DNA from: Muribaculaceae bacterium
GTDB lineage: Bacteria; Bacillota; Clostridia; Lachnospirales; Lachnospiraceae
Direction: 5' to 3'
Length of the DNA stretch: 64,000 nucleotides
Assembly: GCA_023663465.1 (NCBI GenBank)
Contig: JAMPHJ010000002.1
Location: 26,039 to 90,038, forward strand
Positions 28,981-38,083 of this stretch are shown here, one piece after another. Position numbers and translations under genes: made by a program. The notes under the pieces were generated by a model. That model saw only the letters and a program-made list of their open reading frames with translations, ran no database searches and was not told the origin of the DNA. Each line of letters starts with the position of its first letter. The first letter of the stretch is position 1.

Positions 28981-29652
28981 TTAGCCGTATATGCGGCATT
29001 GTGCGTATTTGGAAAATGCGGCGGCTCTCCGTCCGGGAAGCCAGATTGCATCGCGGATGATATCCGGGAGGAAAGCATCCCATTTGACTTCCATCAGGAT
29101 GGGGGCGTCCCCTGCCGGTATGGTCACGCAGTCGGCGTTCAAAAAATCCGTGCAGGAAATGCCGGTGCGAATATTGTAGTCGAGCGTCACCCGTACATTT
29201 CCCGGTCCGTAAATAAATGGTTCGCGGATATAATCCACGACTGTTTTAGGGCGTAAACCGTTCGTTTTTATCTTGCAATACAACTCCTGCAACAGAGGGA
29301 TGGAACTGTCCATCATCCATGCAAAATTACCATCTACGATTGACTGGGCTTCTTTCTCTGTAATCTGTGCAGACTGCTTGTTACAAAGGCTGTTGAGCTT
29401 GCTCTTTTTTTCCAGACATATAAAACTGGTATCTTTATTATAGTAGCGGATACGGAATTTCTCGCGCCGGTTCACGCCGTCTATTTTATCCCGGAGCGCG
29501 CTGTCTGCAGAATCGTCGAAGTACAGGCTGCGGATAAAATATTTTCCGTCTATAGCGTGGGTATCCTGCTTCATAACTGCCTGCAGCCGTGTGCGGAGCG
29601 ATAAGTAGTCTGCGGCATTGATTTCTATTTTCCATTCGTGGCGATAGTCCAT
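28981..29652 (-). CDS. VTC/polyphosphate-polymerase-domain (CYTH-like) protein
   Basis: RHEWK, IRSLYFDD, REKFRIRYY, LEKKSK, VRVTLDYNIR, MEVKW and FSKY motifs. Confidence 0.92.
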   Translation of the reverse strand: MDYRHEWKIEINAADYLSLRTRLQAVMKQDTHAIDGKYFIRSLYFDDSADSALRDKIDGVNRREKFRIRYYNKDTSFICLEKKSKLNSLCNKQSAQITEKEAQSIVDGNFAWMMDSSIPLLQELYCKIKTNGLRPKTVVDYIREPFIYGPGNVRVTLDYNIRTGISCTDFLNADCVTIPAGDAPILMEVKWDAFLPDIIRDAIWLPGRRAAAFSKYAQCRIYG

Positions 29653-29935
29653 GTTTTCCTCATTTCTGTGCTGTTTTTCCTATCAATCTGTCATCAATCC
29701 ATATTGTGGATTAGGGAAATCTTCTTCTTTGTTGCAAGGTTTCCATTCCGGTTGTATGCATGGGATGGAAATTAAGAATATTATATTTTGTCATTTTGAA
29801 AAATACAAGGCTGTAAGAATGAACATTCTGTGAAACTTGGCCAAACCTGCCGGCAAGGGATTTCTATCAGCTCTGCCGACTCAATGCCAACATGCTGACG
29901 GAAAATTGCTTTCCGTGCATCGCCTGGGCAGACCA

Positions 29936-29964
29936 TTGAACTTTCTTTTAAAGCGTGCTAATAT
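29936..29964 (+). promoter_or_regulatory. Sigma-70-type promoter for the S1-domain gene
   Basis: TTGAAC, 17-nt spacer, TAATAT with an extended TG. Confidence 0.5.
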
Positions 29965-30041
29965 TGAAAGAAAAGGGCGGCACATAAGGAAATGAGGGCA
30001 CTTTTTTGAACAAAAATAAACGATAAAAAGGGGATATTGTT

Positions 30042-31049
30042 ATGGAAGAAAATACTACGGTAAATGCAGCAGCAGAGGAAATCACCGAAGAAGAAATCAC
30101 CAAAGAAGAAATCGGCACAACAGAAACGATGGCTGATTACAGCAGAGAATTGGAAGCATCTTTTCGGACCATTCATGAAGGCGATATTATGTCCGGGACT
30201 GTTATCGACGTTGCAGAAGACGGCGTTATTTTGGATTTAGGTTACTATACATCAGGCATAATTAAGACGGCGGATATAAGCAAGGATCCTGCTTTCTCTA
30301 TTATGGCTGACGTACATGTGGGAGATACCATAGAAGCGATGGTTGTAAGAAAAGATGACGGAGAAGGAAACATTCAGCTTTCGTGCGTAGGGGCTGTAGA
30401 TGTGCTTGGCTGGGACAGACTGCAGGAATATTTAAACGAAAAGAAAGTGATTAAAGCAAAGGTCAGCGAGGTGGTAAATAAAGGAGTGGTTGTCTATGTG
30501 GAAGGCATACGCGGCTTTATTCCAGCGTCGCAGCTTGCATTGGAGTATGTTGGAGATTTGGATTCTTTTATGGGAAAAACTTTGGAGTTATATGTCATTA
30601 CCGTTGATAAGGATAAGCAGCGGCTGGTTCTTTCGGCTAAGGAGCTTTTAAAAGAAAAAGAAGCGGACCGCATAAACCATAAGATTTCGATGATAGTACC
30701 AGGAAGCATTTTAGAAGGGCGGGTAGAAAGTCTGATGCCTTACGGTGCCTTTGTAGATTTAGGCGACGGATTAAGCGGACTTGTGCATATTTCGCAAATT
30801 TCCATGAAAAGGATTAGAAAACCTTCAGAAGTGCTCAAGGTAGGGGATTCGGTAAAGGTTAAAGTATTGAATACCAATGATAATAAAATCAGTCTCAGTA
30901 TCAAAGCAGTGGAAGATTTTAGGGAAGTGGATGATATTGAGGAAAAACAAGCGGAAGAATACAGTTCCAAGGAATCGGTTGGGACTTCGCTGGGAGATTT
31001 GCTGAAAGGATTAGAATTAAACAATAAAATCCAGGAGGTATCAGAATGA
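30042..31049 (+). CDS. S1 RNA-binding domain protein (three S1 repeats, ribosomal protein S1-like)
   Basis: S1 repeats including GIRGFIPASQL and YGAFVDLGDGLSGLVHISQIS; C-terminal TSLGDLL. Confidence 0.9.
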   Translation: MEENTTVNAAAEEITEEEITKEEIGTTETMADYSRELEASFRTIHEGDIMSGTVIDVAEDGVILDLGYYTSGIIKTADISKDPAFSIMADVHVGDTIEAMVVRKDDGEGNIQLSCVGAVDVLGWDRLQEYLNEKKVIKAKVSEVVNKGVVVYVEGIRGFIPASQLALEYVGDLDSFMGKTLELYVITVDKDKQRLVLSAKELLKEKEADRINHKISMIVPGSILEGRVESLMPYGAFVDLGDGLSGLVHISQISMKRIRKPSEVLKVGDSVKVKVLNTNDNKISLSIKAVEDFREVDDIEEKQAEEYSSKESVGTSLGDLLKGLELNNKIQEVSE

Positions 31050-31669
31050 GTAAAGTATTATTGATTAACGGAAGTCCGAATGAGCAGGGATGCACCTACA
31101 CGGCGTTGAATGAAATTGCCGGTACGCTTTCCCAAAATGGTGTGGAATCGGAAATACTATATCTTGGGAAAAAGCCTATAGCGGGTTGTATCGCCTGTGG
31201 AAAATGTTATCAGAGCGGACGGTGTGTATTTGGCGACAAGGTAAATGAGGTTTTGGAAAAGCTGGATGAGTATGATGGTATTGTCGTAGGTTCCCCTGTT
31301 TATTATGCCGGACCCGCCGGACAGCTCTGCGCATTCTTAGACCGGCTGTTTTATTGCAGTCAGGGGCGGATGGCTGGAAAACTGGCGGCGTCGGTGGTAT
31401 CCTGTCGCCGCGGCGGCGCAAGCGCAGCGTTTGACCGGTTAAACAAATATTTTGGAATCAGCAATATGCATGTCGTTGGTTCCCAGTATTGGAATCAGGT
31501 ACACGGTTTTACGCCGGAAGATGTGCGTAAGGACGAAGAGGGACTACAGACCATGCGAACATTGGCGCAGAATATGGCGTGGCTGCTGAAGAATATGGAA
31601 GCCGGGAAAGAAAAAGGGATACCATTCCCGCAGTATGAAGAAAAAGTCAGTACGAATTTTATATCATAA
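31046..31669 (+). CDS. Iron-sulfur flavoprotein / NADPH-dependent FMN reductase (flavodoxin family)
   Basis: INGSPNEQGCT, CIACGKC...C, GSPVYY and DEEGLQTMR motifs. Confidence 0.92.
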   Translation: MSKVLLINGSPNEQGCTYTALNEIAGTLSQNGVESEILYLGKKPIAGCIACGKCYQSGRCVFGDKVNEVLEKLDEYDGIVVGSPVYYAGPAGQLCAFLDRLFYCSQGRMAGKLAASVVSCRRGGASAAFDRLNKYFGISNMHVVGSQYWNQVHGFTPEDVRKDEEGLQTMRTLAQNMAWLLKNMEAGKEKGIPFPQYEEKVSTNFIS

Positions 31670-31735
31670 AATAGCAGTGGACACATTTTTCTACAGTGGG
31701 TATAAGGTAAAAAGAACGGAAAGGAGGCGGCACCG

Positions 31736-33163
31736 ATAACAGAAAAAAATCATACGCTAGAGTGGCTTGATGACGGAAACGGCTTTTCCTTAGGACGGCA
31801 GATACAGCTGGTGATAAAGCTCAGTATTCCGGCGATTCTTGCTGAGATTAGCTCTATTATCATGCAATATATTGATGCCGCGATGGTGGGAAGCATGGGC
31901 GCACAAGCTTCCGCGGCTATCGGTCTCGTTTCCAGCTCCTCATGGCTGTTGGGGGGCTTATGCATTTCGGCAGCCACCGGTTTTTCCGTTCAGGTTGCCC
32001 ATCTTACCGGAGCAGGGCAAAAGGAAGAGGCAAGGGAAGTCTTTGGCTGCGCTTTGGGATTTTGTCTGGTATTCGGAGGACTCTTATCGCTGCTGGGGAT
32101 TCTCATCAGTCCGGCGCTGCCCGTATGGTTGGGCGGGAAAGCGGATATTACATCGGCGGCTTCGCGTTATTTTTTGATATTTTCCTGTGCCTTGCCTGCG
32201 ACGCAGCTTCGCCAACTGGCAGGAAGTATGCTGCAATGCAGCGGCGATATGAAAACGCCGAGTGTACTAAACATTCTGATGTGCATTCTGGACGTTGTAT
32301 TTAATTTCCTACTGATTTTTCCCATCCGGCAGGTGACGATTGGCAGTTTTCGGATGACGATTCCTGGCGCAGGACTGGGGGTATCGGGTGCAGCGCTTGG
32401 AACGGCGCTTTCTGAGGTTGTTACCGCGGCGTTTATGATGTGGGCTGCCTGTACGAAATCCGAGTATCTAAGACCCAGACGAGTTAAGGAAAAAGGGCGG
32501 AAAAGTGTTTATTATAAAAGGGCGGCACGGATATCCCTGCCCCTTGCTTTTGAACATATCGTTTTATGCGGAGCGCAGGTGGCGCAGACACATATTACTG
32601 CACCGTTAGGAACGGTCGCCATTGCTGCGAATACTCTGGCGGTGACGGCGGAAAGCCTATGTTATATGCCGGGATACGGGGTCGGAACCGCAGCGACGAC
32701 TCTCGTGGGTCAGAGTCTCGGAGCCGGAAAACAAGAGCTTGCCCGGAAATATGCGTGGCTGTCCGTTGCATTGGGCGTAGGGATTATGTCGGTTATGGGA
32801 GTCTTGATGTTTCTGTTTTCACCCTATATGTTTGCCATGCTGACGCCAGATGAACAAGTCCGGCGGCTGGGGACGCAGATATTGAGGATAGAGGCGTTCG
32901 CGGAACCTTTTTACGCGGCGTCCATTGTTGCGGCAGGTGCGCTGCGCGGTGCAGGAGATACGCGGGTTCCAAGCATTTTGAATCTGGTTAGTATGTGGGG
33001 CGTCCGCATTACGGCGGCTGCATATCTTGCGCCCAGAATCGGTCTCTACGGCGTATGGCTGGCAATGTGCGGCGAGTTATGGGTCAGGGGCGCGCTCTTT
33101 TTAATCCGTCTGAAACGCGGGAAATGGTTGCATAAGGATGAAATCAAAGGAGTACACTTATGA
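31736..33163 (+). CDS. MATE-family efflux transporter (probable non-canonical ATA start at 31736; first canonical start is GTG at 31811)
   Basis: LSIPAIL..ISSIIMQYIDAAMVG, GVSGAALGT, LRGAGDTR, about 12 TMs. AAGGAGG at 31721-31727 lies 8 nt before an in-frame ATA. Confidence 0.9.
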   Translation: MTEKNHTLEWLDDGNGFSLGRQIQLVIKLSIPAILAEISSIIMQYIDAAMVGSMGAQASAAIGLVSSSSWLLGGLCISAATGFSVQVAHLTGAGQKEEAREVFGCALGFCLVFGGLLSLLGILISPALPVWLGGKADITSAASRYFLIFSCALPATQLRQLAGSMLQCSGDMKTPSVLNILMCILDVVFNFLLIFPIRQVTIGSFRMTIPGAGLGVSGAALGTALSEVVTAAFMMWAACTKSEYLRPRRVKEKGRKSVYYKRAARISLPLAFEHIVLCGAQVAQTHITAPLGTVAIAANTLAVTAESLCYMPGYGVGTAATTLVGQSLGAGKQELARKYAWLSVALGVGIMSVMGVLMFLFSPYMFAMLTPDEQVRRLGTQILRIEAFAEPFYAASIVAAGALRGAGDTRVPSILNLVSMWGVRITAAAYLAPRIGLYGVWLAMCGELWVRGALFLIRLKRGKWLHKDEIKGVHL

Positions 33164-33639
33164 AAACAATAAGAGTAGCGGCTGCTGTCATTTGGGCTAA
33201 AAATGGTGACGGCGAGCCAATGATTTTCGCGACGCAGCGCGGTTACGGTGAGTGGAAAGATAGCTGGGAATTTCCAGGCGGCAAACTGGAAGAGGGCGAA
33301 ACGTCAGTACAGGCGCTGCATAGGGAAATCCGGGAGGAATTGGATACGGAAGTAATCGTCGGGGAATTGATTGATACGGTAGAATATGATTACTCTGCGT
33401 TTCATCTTTCTATGGACTGTTTCTGGTGCGAAGTGACTTCAGGCAGCCTGACATTAAAGGAACATGAAGCCGCAAGGTGGCTGACAAGATTCGAGCTTAC
33501 TACGGTAAAGTGGCTGCCAGCGGACATTGCATTGGTAGAGAAAATCGGAAAGGCGATGGGCGGGATGACAGCGCACAATTTAACCAAGCATCCGCCATTT
33601 ACACAATCCCCAGGAAATGTTAAAATAAATCGAAAATAA
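33160..33639 (+). CDS. NUDIX hydrolase (MutT/NudG-like)
   Basis: Nudix box WEFPGGKLEEGETSVQALHREIREEL and WLPADI. Confidence 0.92.
   Translation: MKTIRVAAAVIWAKNGDGEPMIFATQRGYGEWKDSWEFPGGKLEEGETSVQALHREIREELDTEVIVGELIDTVEYDYSAFHLSMDCFWCEVTSGSLTLKEHEAARWLTRFELTTVKWLPADIALVEKIGKAMGGMTAHNLTKHPPFTQSPGNVKINRK
33598..33626 (+). promoter_or_regulatory. Sigma-70-type promoter for the MTase-MTase-HNH-helicase cassette, embedded in the NUDIX 3' tail
   Basis: TTTACA (33598-33603), 17-nt spacer, TAAAAT (33621-33626) with an extended TG. Confidence 0.55.
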
Positions 33640-33680
33640 AAAGCGCCTCTTGACGCCAATCCCGAAACCCAAGGTGACTC

Positions 33681-35639
33681 ATGAATACAATAGACTACGC
33701 ATTAGTAGAAGAAAAAAGACCCCCGATGTATACGGCGATGAAATATTGGGGGAAAAAACCGCATAACATATGGGGCAAATACATAGAGACCTATACGGAA
33801 GAAAACGATATCATCTTAGATCCTTTTGCCGGCAGCGCAGTGGCGGCTTTTGAGGCGGTGAAATGCGGCAGGAAGGCGTTAGCGTTTGATATCAATCCCT
33901 TGACCTCTTTTTTGATTGACGTGTATTCTACCGAATTTGAGGAAGAAAAATTTGCCAGCAGCGTGAGGCAGATTGTGGAAAAGGTGCAAAAGGACGAAAT
34001 CGTTTCATACTATTACCGGACGAAATGCAGCTGCTGCGGAAAGGAAACTGCGTGGGTGCAGCATTTTAAATGGGATAGCGGCGTGATTTATGAGTATGGG
34101 GTAGAATGCGAAAAATGTGAAAAGCGTTATCTGCGGGAAGCGGATGACGAGCAGCTAAAGAAGAGCAGGGAAATGACAGGGATTGTCATGAAAAATTGGT
34201 ATCCTGCGGATAAGTTTTACGAAACGCCGAGCATAAGTGAAGCTTTTATACAGAAGATTGGCGGTGATGGTTACTCCGATATCTGGACGAGACGGAATCT
34301 GTATGTTTTATCTGAAATCTGCAAGGGGATTGAAGAAGAGCAGGATGAAACGATAAAGAAGCAGTTGTTGTTCGGGCTGATTCAGAGTGTGCATTTATGC
34401 TCTAAGATGTGTGTGCCGCGCCGGGCGGAGGCAAAGAGGGGTTTTTCTACAAGCTGGGGCAGGTCGGCTTATATCTGTTCTGCAAGGCAGATGGAAATGA
34501 ATCCGCTGTTAGTATTTTATAACAATTGTCTGGGGAAGCAGTCGGTAAAAAGCGCGCTGGTGAACGTAAAGCAGCATTTAGGGAAAGTGCCGCAGTGCTT
34601 TTATCTGGATAAGAATCATCCGCCGCAGCTTTCTATTTTGGAATTATCGAAAAAATATGATATTATATACGGAATATTAGATATCCGAGAACTGCCAGAG
34701 ATGGTGCCGGAAGAAAGCGTCCGTTTTATTATCACGGACCCGCCCTACGGCGGTCTGGTGCAATATATGGACCTCAGCAATTTATGGCTGATATGGCTGA
34801 AGCATTTTGATGCGAAATACACGCCGGATATCAGTAAGGAAATAACGATTAAAAAAGGCATGATAGAAATCGAGGAATATAGCAGAAGATTCACGGATGG
34901 AATCAGGAATTTAGAACGTGTGCTTGCGCCCGGCGCAAAATTGGTGATTACATTCCACAATCAGGAAATAGCGGTGTGGAATGCTTTTTTACGTTCTATC
35001 TGTCAGGCGGGGTTCCAGATTGAAAAGGTGATTCATCAGCAAAACAGGAGAACCGGGGAATCGAATGTGTCAAATCCCTACGGAACCTCGGCGAGCGATT
35101 TTTATATCCGTTGTTCCAAGGCAGATTACGTTGCCAAAGAAAAGACGAACAAAGCGGAATTTGAGCGGTTTATCGTAGATAGCGCAATCAAAATCATTGC
35201 ATCGAGGAGCGAACCTACGCCGTATCAGATTTTGTTTAACGGGTTATTGGCAGAGCTTTCCGGGGCAGGATTCGAGCTGGAAGATTTCGACGATACCATA
35301 CAGCAGCTTTTAAAAAGGCATGTGGGGGATGTTTTTGAAATTATCCAGACGAATCAAGTCTACGGTCCCTTATGGTGGTTTCGCGACAAGACCCTCATCC
35401 GGCAGGATTTACTTCCGCTGAGCCAGCGGGTAGAGAAAACGGTGCAAACGGAGTTAAAAGAAAAGGGTAAAATGAAGGCGGACGATATTCTGGCTGCATT
35501 ATTTATGCAATATCCGAACGAATTGACGCCCGATGTAAAAAAAATAGACGAATATATTAAAAAATATGCACACCCATCTGGAGGCTTATGGATTTATAAT
35601 GGAGAGGAAAGAACATACGGAGATAGTGAGGACCAATGA
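33681..35639 (+). CDS. DNA amino-methyltransferase (probably N6-adenine) with a zinc-ribbon insertion and C-terminal extension
   Basis: Motif I ILDPFAGS near the N-terminus, CSCC...CEKC insert, motif IV ITDPPY. Confidence 0.88.
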   Translation: MNTIDYALVEEKRPPMYTAMKYWGKKPHNIWGKYIETYTEENDIILDPFAGSAVAAFEAVKCGRKALAFDINPLTSFLIDVYSTEFEEEKFASSVRQIVEKVQKDEIVSYYYRTKCSCCGKETAWVQHFKWDSGVIYEYGVECEKCEKRYLREADDEQLKKSREMTGIVMKNWYPADKFYETPSISEAFIQKIGGDGYSDIWTRRNLYVLSEICKGIEEEQDETIKKQLLFGLIQSVHLCSKMCVPRRAEAKRGFSTSWGRSAYICSARQMEMNPLLVFYNNCLGKQSVKSALVNVKQHLGKVPQCFYLDKNHPPQLSILELSKKYDIIYGILDIRELPEMVPEESVRFIITDPPYGGLVQYMDLSNLWLIWLKHFDAKYTPDISKEITIKKGMIEIEEYSRRFTDGIRNLERVLAPGAKLVITFHNQEIAVWNAFLRSICQAGFQIEKVIHQQNRRTGESNVSNPYGTSASDFYIRCSKADYVAKEKTNKAEFERFIVDSAIKIIASRSEPTPYQILFNGLLAELSGAGFELEDFDDTIQQLLKRHVGDVFEIIQTNQVYGPLWWFRDKTLIRQDLLPLSQRVEKTVQTELKEKGKMKADDILAALFMQYPNELTPDVKKIDEYIKKYAHPSGGLWIYNGEERTYGDSEDQ

Positions 35640-36528
35640 GGAAAAGACTATCGAAGCAGACATAGCGATGAAGCAGGATAAGGAACATATCAAAGAGGAA
35701 AAAGAAGGCAGATACGACCCTAGGAATCAGTTAAATGATTTGACCGGAAAAGAGTGGCTGAAGCTGACGAAAAGCTTCTGGATGTCTGAAAAATGTGCGG
35801 ACGATAAGGCGGCGTTCGGGCATCCGGCTCCGTTTCTGATTAAAGATATCGAGAAGCTGATTTCCTTTTTCACCAAGCGAGGAATGACAGTGTTAGACCC
35901 ATTCATGGGCTCCGGGACGACGGCGCTTGCGGCATATAATCTGGGAAGAAAAAGCGTCGGGATGGATTTAAATCCAGCGTATCGGGAGCTTGCGTTAGAG
36001 CGGTTTGCCAAAAAGGAAATGACCACGCAGGATTACCTTTATGAGATTGGGGATTCCACGAAGGATTTGGCGGTGTTTGGAAACGTTGATTATATTGTGA
36101 CGTCCCCGCCTTATCATAACATTTTGAAAAATACCTCGAAGGGAATCCGCAACGACAACAGCCATAAAGGATTTCGCAATGGTTCGCGTCAGGGCGTGGA
36201 ATACTATTCAGATTTGCCGAACGATTTGGGCAATCAGGAAACTTATGCGGATTTTATCAGAATGCTGGGGCAGGTTATGGAGCAGTGTTATCAGATGCTG
36301 CGGGAAAAGAAATATTGTACGATTATCATCAGTGATTTTACCGTCGATAAAAAGGAAGTATGCGTGCAGGCGGATATCGTCGGGCTGATGACGGACGCCG
36401 GTTTTGAATTTGTGGGGACGACCGTTTTATTACAGGATAATAAACCGCTTTATCCGTTTGGCTATCCCTATTCATATAAGATTAACCACATGCATCAGAA
36501 TATGATACATTTCCGAAAGAACAGTTAA
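35599..36528 (+). CDS. DNA amino-methyltransferase (probably N4-cytosine)
   Basis: HPAPF, VLDPFMGSGTT and VTSPPY motifs. Start uncertain (35566, 35599 or 35668). Confidence 0.88.
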   Translation: MERKEHTEIVRTNEEKTIEADIAMKQDKEHIKEEKEGRYDPRNQLNDLTGKEWLKLTKSFWMSEKCADDKAAFGHPAPFLIKDIEKLISFFTKRGMTVLDPFMGSGTTALAAYNLGRKSVGMDLNPAYRELALERFAKKEMTTQDYLYEIGDSTKDLAVFGNVDYIVTSPPYHNILKNTSKGIRNDNSHKGFRNGSRQGVEYYSDLPNDLGNQETYADFIRMLGQVMEQCYQMLREKKYCTIIISDFTVDKKEVCVQADIVGLMTDAGFEFVGTTVLLQDNKPLYPFGYPYSYKINHMHQNMIHFRKNS

Positions 36529-36553
36529 TATGCAAAAGAGGAGCGAGGATTTC

Positions 36554-38041
36554 ATGTCCGTTTTTCAGCAGTATTATGCAAAATATCAGGGTAGTTTCCC
36601 CGGTTTTATGAAGTTTCATAATGAAGTCATCAATATGCCCCGCGACCAGTTTTCCAACACAGGCTTAGATAAGGTCAGAATACTGGCGGGCTATCTTTTG
36701 CTGACGGAAAATCACTTAGATTCTCGCGGCGTTTCGTATAAGGATACGATGCTTTGTATCAGGAACCGGCTAAAAGCGGGGGCGTATCCGGCGAAGCGGG
36801 ATAAAGGGCTGGAGTGGAAATATTTCACATTTGATTCGATTGATGCGCAGTATGAGACGCAGGGGCGTATGTTTCGGCATTTGATGGCTCTTTGCGCCTT
36901 TTTTGGATTTGTGCGAAGTCTGTCAAAACAGCGGAAAGCATTCAACTATGCTAAATGCAGGGAATACTATCTATCCAATGACGATATCCTCATGCCGATT
37001 GCCAGAAATAATATCATGATGCTGAATGTGAAAGAGAATGATTTTATTAAATCCCTAAACGGCATTACGATTGATGGAAACACGGATTATCGTCCAACTT
37101 ACGGGATTCTGCGGTATCTGAAAGAAATTGGGCGTCCTGCCACCGATTTTGAATTGTCGGTTCTGTTAGGCAGGGTGGATGATTGTAAGAGGGAAGAAGA
37201 GATTCTTGCAAGGGCGTTGGCGGTAGGAGCCGTGCTTCCTGCAACGAAGGCGGCACAGATGCGGGTCTGGTTTAAGGGAATGCACTGGGAAGGAAATGGG
37301 AGATTGTTTTCCTATGCAGCATCTCAGGAGCCGCATTTTAAATTTCACAATTATTTATTGTTTCTGGAATCGTTTGAATTAATCCAATACCATTCGCTGA
37401 CCGAGACTTATACGCTGACAGAATATGCAGAAGAACTGCTTGCGGATGATATATCCTATCTCATTGCGGATTTAGAAAAGCTGTTGAAAATAGTAGACGA
37501 CTATGATTCCGATAACAGCGAACTCAACGATTTGATTTTGTATCAGCGCAACCCGGAGCTTTTGAAGCTGGCAAAAGAAGATGCGGATTTTATTGTCAAA
37601 ATGAATCAAAGGAGTATGAACAATCCGATTTATGATAAAAAAGGCAAGAAACAGAGAAATAAACTGATTGCCGAACTTGCCAAAATCCAGGCGGACTATC
37701 AGTGCCAGTATGCAAAACGGCACATTTTCAAGATGGTGAGTGGAAAATATTATTGTGAGGCGCATCACATTCTGGAATTTAGCACAGAAGACGGACCGGA
37801 CATTACCAACAATCTTGTTGTGTTAGGACCCGAAGCGCATAAAATCATTCATCATGGATGCCGGGAAGAAGTGGATAATGTCTTTATCCAGTTAATCAAA
37901 AACGGCGTCCTGCCCTTGGAGCGTTTCCGGGAGATGATAACGGTCTACCACTGCCTGACGAAAGAACATATCCAGATTCTTTTCCATCGGAAAATTATTA
38001 CGGCGGACGAACGGGATGAGTTGGAAGGGCTGCTTTCATGA
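36554..38041 (+). CDS. HNH endonuclease, probable restriction endonuclease
   Basis: C-terminal YQCQ...CEAHHI....GPDITNNLVVLGPEAHKIIH HNH motif after a large unique N-terminal region; follows two MTases. Confidence 0.8.
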   Translation: MSVFQQYYAKYQGSFPGFMKFHNEVINMPRDQFSNTGLDKVRILAGYLLLTENHLDSRGVSYKDTMLCIRNRLKAGAYPAKRDKGLEWKYFTFDSIDAQYETQGRMFRHLMALCAFFGFVRSLSKQRKAFNYAKCREYYLSNDDILMPIARNNIMMLNVKENDFIKSLNGITIDGNTDYRPTYGILRYLKEIGRPATDFELSVLLGRVDDCKREEEILARALAVGAVLPATKAAQMRVWFKGMHWEGNGRLFSYAASQEPHFKFHNYLLFLESFELIQYHSLTETYTLTEYAEELLADDISYLIADLEKLLKIVDDYDSDNSELNDLILYQRNPELLKLAKEDADFIVKMNQRSMNNPIYDKKGKKQRNKLIAELAKIQADYQCQYAKRHIFKMVSGKYYCEAHHILEFSTEDGPDITNNLVVLGPEAHKIIHHGCREEVDNVFIQLIKNGVLPLERFREMITVYHCLTKEHIQILFHRKIITADERDELEGLLS

Positions 38042-38083
38042 CCCATATCCCGCTCCTGCCATAAAAGAAATGGAATCACATAT

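Noticed and set aside
29836-29935. c-di-GMP-I riboswitch (GCCAAACC start resembles GGCAAACC)
   Set aside because: It lacks the GAAA tetraloop and GACGCAAAGC core, so it is kept only as an unexplained hairpin.
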